Shown: positions 17,532 to 27,220 of the stretch, one piece after another | Numbering within the stretch: the stretch's first letter is position 1 | Layout of the letters: each line of letters starts with the position of its first letter | Notes under the pieces: model-generated | Seen by the model: the letters and a program-made list of their open reading frames with translations, nothing else | What the model was told of the DNA's origin: nothing | Databases searched by the model: none | DNA from: Chitinivibrionales bacterium | GTDB taxonomy: Bacteria > Fibrobacterota > Chitinivibrionia > Chitinivibrionales > WJKA01 | Length of the DNA: 64,000 bases | Direction: 5' to 3' | Assembly: GCA_014728295.1 (NCBI GenBank) | Contig: WJLW01000019.1 | Coordinates: 72,527-136,526, forward strand | Made by a program: the position numbers and the translations under genes

Positions 17532-20147
17532 TCAGGTATGCTCAACCTTGCCTCTGCTGACTGCTGGGCTCTCTGCGGTCCAGTGAGTCACTTTTTCGAT
17601 GAGCTCTTTTTTATTTATCGGTTTGCTTAGGTAATCATCCATTCCCGCATCAATGCACTTCTGCTTATCGCCCTTCATGGCGTTGGCGGTCATCGCAACA
17701 ATGGGAACGTGGGCACCGCCTTCGACCCTTGCTTCACCCTCACGGATGGCACGTGTAGCATCATAGCCGCTTAATACGGGCATCTGACAGTCCATCAGAA
17801 TTAAATTGTATATCTTTTTTCCCTGTTCCTCAAGCGCCTCCATGCCGTTATGGGCGACATCACATATGAATCCCGCCTTTTCCAGCATCTTTATTGCCAC
17901 TTTTTCGTTGACGGGATTATCTTCCGCAAGGAGAATACGGATTTTGGCTTTATTCACCTCCTCGGCAAGGGTGTGCCGGGTAACCAGCGCTGAGTCGTAC
18001 GAGCTACCTGCACTCTCTGATTCACTGCTCCTTGCCACAACCAGGCTCAGGCAATCGGCAAGGTTAGCGTGCTTGACAGGTTTGGTCAGATATGCCTCCA
18101 CCCCTACTGATTTCATGAGCGAAGCATCTCCCCGATTGCCGATCGCGGTAGTAATCACAATGTGCGTACGCGCCAGCTTTGGATCCGCTTTTATGAGCCT
18201 GGCAAGTTGCACCCCGTTCATGCCGGGCAGTTGCATGTTGATAATAGCCACATCAAAGGGCTTGCCGTTGTCAATTCCCTGGCGCAAAACATCCAAAGCC
18301 CCGTGGGCGTCTCCACATTCACTGGAATGTGTATCCCAAAGTGCAAGATAGTTGAGCAAGGATGTACGGCCGGCGCTATTGGGATCAACAAGCAGAATGC
18401 ACTTGCCTTTGACCTCGCCCCTGGGTCGCAGAGTTGCCGGAGCGTCCTCGGGAGCTTTTTTAAACCGGATTCGAAACCAGAACGTCGAGCCGTCGCCTTC
18501 ACGGCTGGTAACCCCGATCGCGCCTTCCATAAGCTCGCTCAATTTTTTCGAAATTGCCAGCCCCAACCCGGTGCCCCCGAATTTGCGGGTAGTCGAAGCA
18601 TCGACCTGCTCAAACGGTTTAAACAGATTTTTCACTTTGCTTTGCGGAATACCGATGCCGGTATCGCGTATTTCAAAATGCAGTTTGATGAAGTGTTTGC
18701 TTTCTTCATGCACTCCGGCAGAGAGCACGACTTCGCCTTTGTCGGTAAATTTGACGGCATTGCCGGCCAGATTGACAATCACCTGACGGAAGCGCCCGGG
18801 ATCGCCGATGACCCGTGAAGGAATTCTGGAGCTGATAATCGAAGCAATCTCGAGTTCCTTCTCATGGGCCTTGAAAGCCGCCAGCTCCATTGCATTTTCT
18901 ATTGCCGTGCGTATATCAAATTCAATCTCCTCTGTTTCGATTTTGCCTGCTTCGATTTTCGAAAAATCCAGTATATCATTGATCAGGCTGAGCAATAATT
19001 CGGCCGAACTCTGTATGCTCTCGGCATATTCCTTTTGCTCGAGAATGAGTTCGGTCTCGCGCAACAAGCTGTTCATCCCCAGTATGCCGTTCAGCGGAGT
19101 GCGTATTTCATGCGACATGTTAGCCAGAAATGCGCTCTTTGAATTGTTGGCCGCTTCGGCGCGAACACGCGCCTTAACCAGCTCCTGATACGTACGTTCC
19201 TGCTCGGTAATATCAACAAATGTTTCGATACCGCCAATTATTTCACCTTGATCATTTTTAATAATGCTGGAATTTTTCTGTATGGTTCTCTCCGAACCAT
19301 CTTTGCATTTAATGATACACTTTACCTTATTGGCAGAGGCGATGACCGATGTGTCCTGATGAGCACAGCATATGTCCGAAGCACTATACAGTTCCCGGCA
19401 GTTCTTCATGAGCACATCTTCTATGCGATATCCGGTAATCTGCTCGGCCCACTTGTTAAAACTGAGGATAGTCCCATGCTTATCTACTGTGTAAATAGCG
19501 CAGGGAGCAATATCATTCAAACGTTCGGCGCTCTCCTTGGCTTTAAGCAAGTCGCTTTCGACGATTCCGCGTAACTTCATCTGCTCCTGCAACTGGCTTA
19601 CAATTTTTATTTGCGTGTACTCATAGAAAAAGGCAATAATCGAGGTTATGGCAAATGCACCGGTAAACCTTACTTTGAATTCCAGAGAATATTTTGCCGA
19701 AACCTCATAAAGCGGCGGCAAAAAAAAGATGAGAAATATTAAAACAAAGAAAGTGCCGCTGGCAATGGCGCCATGCAACAAGCCCAGCAGAAAAAACGTA
19801 CCTACCGGAAAGATAAAACACCACAACGCGCCGGTATAATCCACACTCTGCGACATGATCAGATATAAGAAAAAAGGTGCAATAACTCCCAGGGAAATAT
19901 AGGAAGCCACTTTGGAGTTGCCGGTTTGAAGCAAGTAGGCAAAAGCCACAGCCATTCCAATGAAAGCCAGAAAATCGATAATTGACAGGGCGTAATTTTC
20001 GTCAATCAGCGCCGTAATACCAAAGGTCAACCCAAAAAGTGCTCCAATGATCGTCGTGATCAAAACCAGATAATAGCGTGACTGGGGCACATTGGAAAAT
20101 TTGGTATCGGTAAGTACATTGAAATGCGTTGCATTGCTTTTTTTCAT
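17532..20147 (-). CDS. Multi-TM PAS hybrid histidine kinase with two receiver domains
   Basis: About 6 hydrophobic segments; PAS (FN..AE.ITGY); FLANMSHEIRTPLNG; NAVKFT; GGTGLGL; LAEDN..LMDCQMP..SKP. Confidence 0.93.
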   Translation of the reverse strand: MKKSNATHFNVLTDTKFSNVPQSRYYLVLITTIIGALFGLTFGITALIDENYALSIIDFLAFIGMAVAFAYLLQTGNSKVASYISLGVIAPFFLYLIMSQSVDYTGALWCFIFPVGTFFLLGLLHGAIASGTFFVLIFLIFFLPPLYEVSAKYSLEFKVRFTGAFAITSIIAFFYEYTQIKIVSQLQEQMKLRGIVESDLLKAKESAERLNDIAPCAIYTVDKHGTILSFNKWAEQITGYRIEDVLMKNCRELYSASDICCAHQDTSVIASANKVKCIIKCKDGSERTIQKNSSIIKNDQGEIIGGIETFVDITEQERTYQELVKARVRAEAANNSKSAFLANMSHEIRTPLNGILGMNSLLRETELILEQKEYAESIQSSAELLLSLINDILDFSKIEAGKIETEEIEFDIRTAIENAMELAAFKAHEKELEIASIISSRIPSRVIGDPGRFRQVIVNLAGNAVKFTDKGEVVLSAGVHEESKHFIKLHFEIRDTGIGIPQSKVKNLFKPFEQVDASTTRKFGGTGLGLAISKKLSELMEGAIGVTSREGDGSTFWFRIRFKKAPEDAPATLRPRGEVKGKCILLVDPNSAGRTSLLNYLALWDTHSSECGDAHGALDVLRQGIDNGKPFDVAIINMQLPGMNGVQLARLIKADPKLARTHIVITTAIGNRGDASLMKSVGVEAYLTKPVKHANLADCLSLVVARSSESESAGSSYDSALVTRHTLAEEVNKAKIRILLAEDNPVNEKVAIKMLEKAGFICDVAHNGMEALEEQGKKIYNLILMDCQMPVLSGYDATRAIREGEARVEGGAHVPIVAMTANAMKGDKQKCIDAGMDDYLSKPINKKELIEKVTHWTAESPAVSRGKVEHT

Positions 20148-20170
20148 ACAGATGCTTCGGACGAAAGTCG

Positions 20171-20545
20171 CTAAATTCCCATACTAAGGCTTTCCATAAT
20201 CTTGGCGATGAGGTCTTCTTGTGAGAAAGGCTTCATAACATAATTCTTTGCGCCCGCCCCCACCGCTTCTACTACTTTGTGACGCTCGATTTCGGTGGTG
20301 ACCATCGTAACCGGGATGGTCTGAAAACGCGCGTCGGCTTTGATTGACTTGAGCATTTCGAGCCCGTTCATATTGGGCATATTCCAATCGAGCAGTATAA
20401 GATTCACCTTACCGTTTTCACGTTCCAGCAGGTCAATTCCCTCCCTGCCGTCACCAGCTTCCAAAAATTCAAAACCCAGAACGTCAACCGCATTTTTTAT
20501 GAACTGCCTGGTCGTTTGTGAATCGTCAACGGATAGTATTCGCAT
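20171..20545 (-). CDS. cheY: CheY-like response regulator
   Basis: Start taken at MRILSVDDS (20545); LLDWNMP.MNG; MVTTE; YVMKPF. Confidence 0.88.
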   Translation of the reverse strand: MRILSVDDSQTTRQFIKNAVDVLGFEFLEAGDGREGIDLLERENGKVNLILLDWNMPNMNGLEMLKSIKADARFQTIPVTMVTTEIERHKVVEAVGAGAKNYVMKPFSQEDLIAKIMESLSMGI

Positions 20546-21404
20546 ACACTGCTCCTGAAGCTTTTGCCTGGTAGTAGAGCCCGCGGGTATAGCGCTGCAT
20601 CTGGAAATCGCTCGTATAATTGATGATCGATTCAGAAGCACCAAGAAACAAAAATCCGTCGGGTCGCAAAAGCTGTGCAATTCGTTTGAGAATATCACGC
20701 TTAAATGTGTCTGCAAAGTAAATAAGTACATTCCGGCAGAATACAATATCACGCTTACCTACTACCGCAAGCGGCTCCTGCAAATTGAGCTTTTTGAAGG
20801 TCACCATATTCTTAACCTCATCGCGCACAGCCCAGACTTTGCCGTTCTGCGTAAAGTATTTCGACTTGAGAGAGTCATCCATACCGCGCGATATTGCCAG
20901 ATTGTCGTAGCGTCCCGCCATGGCGAGGAAGAGTACGGATGGTGAAATGTCGGTTGCCAGGATGTCGAACTGATCGGACCGCAATCCGGGATGACGGCGA
21001 ATATAATCAAGAATAACCATGGCAATCGAATACGGCTCTTGTCCCGTTGAGCTTGCTGCGCTCCAGATACGCACTTTGCTGCGCTTACCGCTTTTTATTT
21101 CCGCAACATATCTGTCAAGCAGAACCGAATCAAGTATTTCGAAAGGAGATTTATCACGAAACCACAGGGTTTCATTGGTGGTCATGGCATCTACAATTTT
21201 ATCACGCAGACCGTTGGTTTTGTCTGCGGTCGCCTTTTGATAAAACTGCATAAAGGTTGAACAGCCATTTTCTACCATCAGGGTCGTCAGGCGCGTCTCA
21301 ACCAGGTACATTTTATCTTCGGTTATATGAATGCCGCAGCTTTTTTCTATATAATCCCGCATCATGCGAAATTCATTTTGATCAATGCGATTTGCCGGGG
21401 GCAT
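20526..21404 (-). CDS. cheR: Chemotaxis methyltransferase CheR
   Basis: TTNETLWFRD, RIWSAASSTGQEPYSIAM, ATDIS, DIVFCRNVLIYF and LGASE motifs. Confidence 0.95.
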   Translation of the reverse strand: MPPANRIDQNEFRMMRDYIEKSCGIHITEDKMYLVETRLTTLMVENGCSTFMQFYQKATADKTNGLRDKIVDAMTTNETLWFRDKSPFEILDSVLLDRYVAEIKSGKRSKVRIWSAASSTGQEPYSIAMVILDYIRRHPGLRSDQFDILATDISPSVLFLAMAGRYDNLAISRGMDDSLKSKYFTQNGKVWAVRDEVKNMVTFKKLNLQEPLAVVGKRDIVFCRNVLIYFADTFKRDILKRIAQLLRPDGFLFLGASESIINYTSDFQMQRYTRGLYYQAKASGAVYANTIR

Positions 21405-21439
21405 AGATGATCCTTTATACTTAATGGTCACGCACGCAA

Positions 21440-22015
21440 TCAAGCAGCGTTGACAATCTTATCCAGTATCATTGTAATAGCTTTCATTTTCTCTGAATCC
21501 GAAGCGTTTCGCTCTTTGACTGCTTTGATATCATCGACGATGCGCAGGTAATTATCGAGGGAAATCTCCAGATCCGCAATGGTTCGCTGTGCGTTCACTT
21601 CGATTGTCTCTTTTGCAAAGCGGTAGTCTTCCGCTTCATGCGCCCGATCGATGAATTCGCGCAGGTTTTCGATTTTTTCAATCAACAATCCCTGATTAAG
21701 AGGCTTCGTCAGATAATCGCGTGCACCCAGACGCATTGCTTCGACCGCAGAATCTATTGATGCCTGGCCAGTTACCACAATGACCTCAATGGATGATCGG
21801 ACGGCTTTTGCCTGTTCCAAAACGTCAAGCCCCGACTTTCCCGGCATGACCAGATCGGTGACAATTACGTCAACGGCAGTGTTATGCACCGTGTCAATTG
21901 CCTTTTCCCCGTCCCCGGCAAACAGTAGCTCATCATCGGGATGCAGAATTTTCTCGAGTATTTTTTTATACATTGTCAAGAATAACTGATCGTCGTCAAC
22001 ACAGAGAATCCTCAT
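21440..22015 (-). CDS. Response regulator (REC plus short coiled coil, no recognisable output domain)
   Basis: VDDD, TDLVMPG, VTG...AVEAMRLGA.DYLTKP. Confidence 0.85.
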   Translation of the reverse strand: MRILCVDDDQLFLTMYKKILEKILHPDDELLFAGDGEKAIDTVHNTAVDVIVTDLVMPGKSGLDVLEQAKAVRSSIEVIVVTGQASIDSAVEAMRLGARDYLTKPLNQGLLIEKIENLREFIDRAHEAEDYRFAKETIEVNAQRTIADLEISLDNYLRIVDDIKAVKERNASDSEKMKAITMILDKIVNAA

Positions 22016-22033
22016 AGCGCTTCCTCGCTTTCC

Positions 22034-23128
22034 TTATCTGCAATGCAATTTCATACCTATTTCAGCTGCGATGCTTTCTATGGGCAGTGATTTATCCGAT
22101 AAGCCGGCTTCGTCAACCGCTCTGGGCATGCCATAGACGACGCATGAACTGTCTGATTGAGTTACGCAATAACATCCCCTACGTTTCAGCACGCGCATAC
22201 CTTTGGCGCCGTCGCTGCCCATGCCGGTCAGCACACAGCTCATAATGCCCGCAGAACCGTAGACATTTGCAACAGATCGGAACAGCACGTCAACAGCCGG
22301 GCGGCAACTGTTTTCGGGCGGACCGTCATTCAGTGCAATACGCACGCGACCCTGTTTATGCACAACCGTCATATGCCGTCCACCCGGTGCGATATATACT
22401 ATGCCGTGCTGTACGGATTGACCGTCTTCACCTTCAACCACCTTCAGCGCCGATTTTTTATCCAAGCTTTCTGCAAGCGACTTTGTAAAGTGCGCCGGCA
22501 TATGCTGCACCAGCAGCACCGGGACCGGCAAGCCGGCCGGTAATTGCGGAATGAGCTTGTTCAGTGCTTCGGGGCCGCCCGTGGAAACTCCTATGGTCAG
22601 CACACCGAATGATCGCGGGATGGGCGCAATTGCTACGACCGGCTCAATTCTTTCCGGCCGCGACGGTGGCGGCGCAGCCGCTTTCGATTCGCCTTCGTCA
22701 CGGCGCAAAATCCGACGCGTATTCATTTTTGTACGCACATGCCGTAAAACATTATTCAGGTCATCGTGCAATTGTCTGCGGTTTTCTTCAGGCGTAGCGC
22801 CGTCGGGTTTGCGGATAAAATCAAGCGCCCCCATTTGAAGGGCCTTGATTGTTATTGATGCGCTTCGAGTACTGATGCCGCTCATCATGACGACCAGGGT
22901 ATCGCTAAATTCCCGCTGAATTTCGGCCAGGGTTTCCACCCCGTCCTTTTCCGGCATATGCACATCGCACAATACCAGATCAACCGGATTCTGCCTGAGT
23001 TTGCGCAATGCCAGATCACCGTTGGGCGCGGTACCAACCACCTCAATATCTGGAAGCGAGGCAGCAACCTCGAACGCCAACCTGCGATAGAGTACCGAAT
23101 CGTCTACAACTAGAATCTTAATTGGCAT
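22034..23128 (-). CDS. cheB: Chemotaxis methylesterase CheB (REC + esterase)
   Basis: GVSTGGP, VQHMP and LTGMGSDG catalytic triad motifs; RPAVDVLF; VVYGMP. Confidence 0.96.
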   Translation of the reverse strand: MPIKILVVDDSVLYRRLAFEVAASLPDIEVVGTAPNGDLALRKLRQNPVDLVLCDVHMPEKDGVETLAEIQREFSDTLVVMMSGISTRSASITIKALQMGALDFIRKPDGATPEENRRQLHDDLNNVLRHVRTKMNTRRILRRDEGESKAAAPPPSRPERIEPVVAIAPIPRSFGVLTIGVSTGGPEALNKLIPQLPAGLPVPVLLVQHMPAHFTKSLAESLDKKSALKVVEGEDGQSVQHGIVYIAPGGRHMTVVHKQGRVRIALNDGPPENSCRPAVDVLFRSVANVYGSAGIMSCVLTGMGSDGAKGMRVLKRRGCYCVTQSDSSCVVYGMPRAVDEAGLSDKSLPIESIAAEIGMKLHCR

Positions 23129-23147
23129 ATCCGACCCGTATACCTGA

Positions 23148-23306
23148 TCATGTTACGCCCCCGGCATTGAATGCCGAAGAATACTTTTTGTCGGTTCTCA
23201 TAGTGTGGGCAACCAGCCATTCCGTGAGAAAAATCATGATAGCCTTTAATATCATTGCTAAACCAGCTTCTTCGCACGGTGCGGGAAGGGCGGACTTGAA
23301 CTTCAC
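23148..23306 (-). pseudogene. 52-codon remnant ending in a bacteriohemerythrin C-terminus; possibly a deleted hemerythrin or MCP-hemerythrin gene
   Basis: AAGGA, then GTG 23306: VKFKSALPAPCEEAGLAMILKAIMIFLTEWLVAHTMRTDKKYSSAFNAGGVT*. FL.EWL..H....DKKY is the last iron-ligand helix of hemerythrins. Confidence 0.65.
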
Positions 23307-23338
23307 AAACAGGATCCTTACCGTACAAGTTGCTAATG

Positions 23339-23809
23339 CTACATTGCCAGAATTTCGGCAACTTTTAATGTGGCCATAAGCTCCGCATCCAGCTTGACAA
23401 CACCACCCAGAAACTTTCCGTCAACACCATTCATATTGGCAGGCGGCGGCTCGATGTTTCTATCGTCAACAGTTATCATATCACCGATTTTGTCAACGAC
23501 CAATCCCACGATGTCCTTGGAGGTGTTTTCGCTCAGCAGACCTTCGTCCCGAAGCCGTTGCAGCTCTTCATCGGTTTTAAGTACAATACAGCAGGTGGCT
23601 TTGCCGATGATGCGCCTTTCAAGTCCCAGGCGGACCCCCAGGTCGGCAACCGAGACTATCTGGCCGCGCAGGTTCATTAAGCCGACAACAAAATCGGGAG
23701 ACGGATCAACATCGGTTATTTCCAGGTTGCGATTTATTTCCCGTACCAACAATACGTCTATGCCGAACAGACCTTCTCCAAGATAAAATGTAGCGAATTG
23801 TCTGATCAT
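23339..23809 (-). CDS. cheW: Chemotaxis coupling protein CheW
   Basis: QFATFYL..FGIDV..VREI, GLMNLRGQI and GLVVD.IGD motifs. Confidence 0.94.
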   Translation of the reverse strand: MIRQFATFYLGEGLFGIDVLLVREINRNLEITDVDPSPDFVVGLMNLRGQIVSVADLGVRLGLERRIIGKATCCIVLKTDEELQRLRDEGLLSENTSKDIVGLVVDKIGDMITVDDRNIEPPPANMNGVDGKFLGGVVKLDAELMATLKVAEILAM

Positions 23810-23819
23810 CGATATGCTC

Positions 23820-26630
23820 CTATCCTGCTGCTTCCACTATGGCTGGAATGTCAAGTACTACCGTCAGATTTTTATTGATGATGGTCGATCCCTTCACGCC
23901 GGTTCCGTGTATCGAATTGATATCGAGCTCGAGTGCGGTTTGCACGGTGTCTTCCACCTTGTGGGCAATAAGGCCGATCTGTCCGGTAGCCGAGCGGGGC
24001 ACTATTACAAAGGTGGTGTCTGCCTGTTCCATCGAGGCTGATATCGGCATGAAATGTTCCAGACGAATAATGCGCAGGGTGGAATCATCATATTTGAGAA
24101 ATTCCTTATCACCCACCGCCTCTATTTCGTGCGTCTTGCGTTTCTCGATACGGGCGACTTCGGCCAATGACATCGCCAGGTGTTCTTTACCGCCGATCGT
24201 AAACAGCAGCATGTCCTGCATCTGTTGATTGGCTTCATTTTCCGCCTTCTTCTTCTCGGCTGTAATATCTTTTTCCAGATCTTCGAATTTCAAGTCTGCC
24301 ATGGCGGCTATACCGTTGGGATCCAGAATCATCGCCACACGTCCATCGCCCATGATGGTTGATCCGGCAAAGCATTGTGATGCCTTGAGCGTCTCGGGCA
24401 GGGCTTTGACGACAATCTCTTCACTGTCAAGAACATCATCTACCACCAGACCATATAAATGGCGTTCCATACGCAAAACAACAATCTTAACGGCATTGCC
24501 TACGCTTTGGCGACGGTCGCCTTTGCCGGTGCGCCGCTCCTCAATCTCAGGCTCGGCCGGGGGTGACGCTCCGTCGTCGCCGGGTTTGCCCCTGCGATCT
24601 GACCACCGGCGCCGGTGATCGGGCAGCATATCTCCGGTTTCGGGATGCTCAAAGCTCGGTGACATTCCCAGCGTTTGCGCCAACCGTACCAGAGGCAGCA
24701 ACTTGCCGCGCAGACGCAACACTTCCGAATTGTGAATGCACTCGATTTGGCGGGTCACATCTTTAGCGCGTATGCGCACTACTTCTTCAAGGCCGACTTG
24801 CGGCACGGCAAAGCGGCGATTTTCCGACTTGACGATCAGCGATGGAATAATAGCGAGTGTCAAGGGCAGCTTTAAAGTGATTTTTGTGCCTGCCCCCAAT
24901 TGCGAATCGACTTCCACCGTACCGCCGAGACGTTCGATATTTGTCTTGACAACATCCATACCCACGCCGCGTCCGGAGACGTCACTGACCGTAGTAGCTG
25001 TTGAAAAGCCGGGCGCAAATATGAGCATCTGCGACTCACGTGAATTCATGTCGGCGGCCTGTTCCGGGGTTACAATGCCTTTTTCGACAGCCTTCGACTT
25101 GACTTTTTCGTGATCGATTCCCGCACCGTCGTCACCGATCTCGATAATGACTTTGCCGCCTTCCTGATAGGCGCGCAAAATGACCTCTCCGGCCGCTTCC
25201 TTGCCCGCCGCGCGACGCTCGGCAGGCAGCTCGATACCATGATCGGCGCAGTTGCGCACCAGATGCGTCAATGGATCCGACAGCAATTCGATGATTGATT
25301 TGTCAAGTTCGACTTCCTGTCCGATCTGGGTTAGCGACATCTCTTTATTCAGCTTTTTTGCCAGATCACGGATCACACGCGGGAACTTGCTGAACACAAC
25401 CGATATCGGCTGCATACGTGTCTGCATGATTCCTTCCTGCAACACAGAAGTCACCATGTCGATATTTTGCACAATGCCGTTGATTCCCTGTATGTCGGAA
25501 ATCTCAAATCCCAGCGCCTCGCGCAGGCTTTTTTCAATCTGACCAAGCTCTGTTTCAACGGCCTGTTTGTCGTTTCCGAAATTTTGTTTGCTTTCCATAA
25601 GCCGGTTCAATGCTGCTCTGATCGTTTCCAACGTCAGCCGAACGACCTTTTCGGCCTCCGAAGAATCGCCTATCTTGCGCGACAGCATTTGCATGAGCTG
25701 ATTGCGCGCCAGCACCAGCTCCGATGCGTAGTTCATGAGATTGTTGAGCAGGCTGACCTTGACCCGCAATGCCTCTTCTATGCGCGTTTCGTGTTTCGAT
25801 TCCTGCCTTGCCGTATCCCGGCTACTTGCTGATTTTGCTTCCTGAGCTTCCTGCTGCCGCAGGTACTTGCGTTTTTGCTCTTCCAAATCAAGCGTATAAA
25901 TCCGTTCGTCAGGCACACCGAGTGCTTCACTTATAAGATCAGGCTCAAGTACCGATGCAATCAGTATCGATGCCTCCGATTGGGGTGATGGTTCCCCGGT
26001 CAGTTGTTCACGTTTCGGGTCGGTATCGATAATATTGCCGAATTTCTCCCAGCGCTCAAACAGCAAATCATAGGTCAGCTTCTGCCGGGCAAGGTCTACA
26101 TCCGGATTGAGACTGACCTGATATATCAGTTTGCCCTCTTTGACGGCATCTTTGATATGCACTTCATTAAACGAGGGATGACGAAGTTTAATTTCCTGCA
26201 CACTATCATCCCGGCTTCCATTCGCTTCCCGCCGGGTATCCGAGCGCACCTTTTCGGAGAGGAACGGTTCGAGCAGGCGCAACTCTTCGTTAATGTCAAT
26301 CGAATCGGAATTATTTACATCATCCAGCATTGCCCGCAGCTTGTCAACGCCCTGAAAAAAGCAGTCCGTCATCTCGGAAGTAACAGCCAATTCTTTATCA
26401 CGAATGCGCGACATGACATTTTCCATCACGTGGGACAACGATACAATTTGCTTCAAGCCGAAAAAACCAAATCCGCCCTTGATGCTGTGAACTGCCCGAA
26501 ACAGGCGGTTGATCAAATCATCCGGAACATCATTGCCCTTTTGCTCCAGCTCAAGCAGGTCGGGTTCGATATTTTCTAGATGCTCCCGGCTTTCCACAAT
26601 CAAATCATTGAGCATTTCCTGGTCTTGCAT
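23820..26630 (-). CDS. cheA: Chemotaxis kinase CheA with an extra C-terminal CheW-like domain
   Basis: FRAVHSIKG (Hpt), TRMQP, DPLTHLVRN..DHGIE, SGRGVGMDVV, LPLTLAI, followed by two CheW-like domains; start taken at MQDQEM. Confidence 0.96.
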   Translation of the reverse strand: MQDQEMLNDLIVESREHLENIEPDLLELEQKGNDVPDDLINRLFRAVHSIKGGFGFFGLKQIVSLSHVMENVMSRIRDKELAVTSEMTDCFFQGVDKLRAMLDDVNNSDSIDINEELRLLEPFLSEKVRSDTRREANGSRDDSVQEIKLRHPSFNEVHIKDAVKEGKLIYQVSLNPDVDLARQKLTYDLLFERWEKFGNIIDTDPKREQLTGEPSPQSEASILIASVLEPDLISEALGVPDERIYTLDLEEQKRKYLRQQEAQEAKSASSRDTARQESKHETRIEEALRVKVSLLNNLMNYASELVLARNQLMQMLSRKIGDSSEAEKVVRLTLETIRAALNRLMESKQNFGNDKQAVETELGQIEKSLREALGFEISDIQGINGIVQNIDMVTSVLQEGIMQTRMQPISVVFSKFPRVIRDLAKKLNKEMSLTQIGQEVELDKSIIELLSDPLTHLVRNCADHGIELPAERRAAGKEAAGEVILRAYQEGGKVIIEIGDDGAGIDHEKVKSKAVEKGIVTPEQAADMNSRESQMLIFAPGFSTATTVSDVSGRGVGMDVVKTNIERLGGTVEVDSQLGAGTKITLKLPLTLAIIPSLIVKSENRRFAVPQVGLEEVVRIRAKDVTRQIECIHNSEVLRLRGKLLPLVRLAQTLGMSPSFEHPETGDMLPDHRRRWSDRRGKPGDDGASPPAEPEIEERRTGKGDRRQSVGNAVKIVVLRMERHLYGLVVDDVLDSEEIVVKALPETLKASQCFAGSTIMGDGRVAMILDPNGIAAMADLKFEDLEKDITAEKKKAENEANQQMQDMLLFTIGGKEHLAMSLAEVARIEKRKTHEIEAVGDKEFLKYDDSTLRIIRLEHFMPISASMEQADTTFVIVPRSATGQIGLIAHKVEDTVQTALELDINSIHGTGVKGSTIINKNLTVVLDIPAIVEAAG

Positions 26631-26849
26631 TGCAGGCTCCTGGACTAGTATTGAAAAGAGCTGCATACACATTTATGCAGGTACTGCGACACGCAATATT
26701 GTTTCAGCGAAATTGTAACATTTGGGAAAGATAATGACAATTAGAATTGTGCAAATTTTTTCTGAAGGTCGCATTCAGCGCAAAGCCATCTGCAATGGCC
26801 TCCCCCGGCATAAATCCAGGCATACTTGTTACCATCACAGCTCATGCTT

Positions 26850-27120
26850 TTCCTGCCCGAAAGAAACGCGAGCTCGACCGATATGTTCATGCGCCACTCG
26901 TGCGGACAGAACCAGGCAAATTGCCGTCAATCAGTTTAATTCGCATAAAGCAATATTGACATATGGAAATAAAGACTTCAAGCCGGCATGGTCGCAGGAT
27001 GGCAACTTCATAACCTTTTTTCCGCCTCCGGGAGCTTCTTCCGGTGGACCGCTGCCAATCGCTCCATTCGAGATCAGAAAAACAAGTTGCCTTGTCATTG
27101 ACGAAAACGGTGAATCTAGC
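26850..27120 (+). pseudogene. Possible remnant of a TolB/PD40 beta-propeller gene
   Basis: LTYGNKDFKPAWSQDGNFITF is a PD40-like repeat; flanking sequence degrades near a T6 run. Confidence 0.35.
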
Positions 27121-27220
27121 CATATTTCGAACGAAAATCACACGGGCGGGCTGCTAGCCTGTTATGAATACCTGCCGAAATGATCGAAGCGATATTCAAG
27201 AAACTGCTCGATGCCTTCTT

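Noticed and set aside
20546-20752. N-terminal extension of cheY in the ORF track (similar extensions for the 9494, 36832, 39366 and 44503 starts)
   Set aside because: They overlap neighbouring genes; family motifs begin at the downstream starts used here
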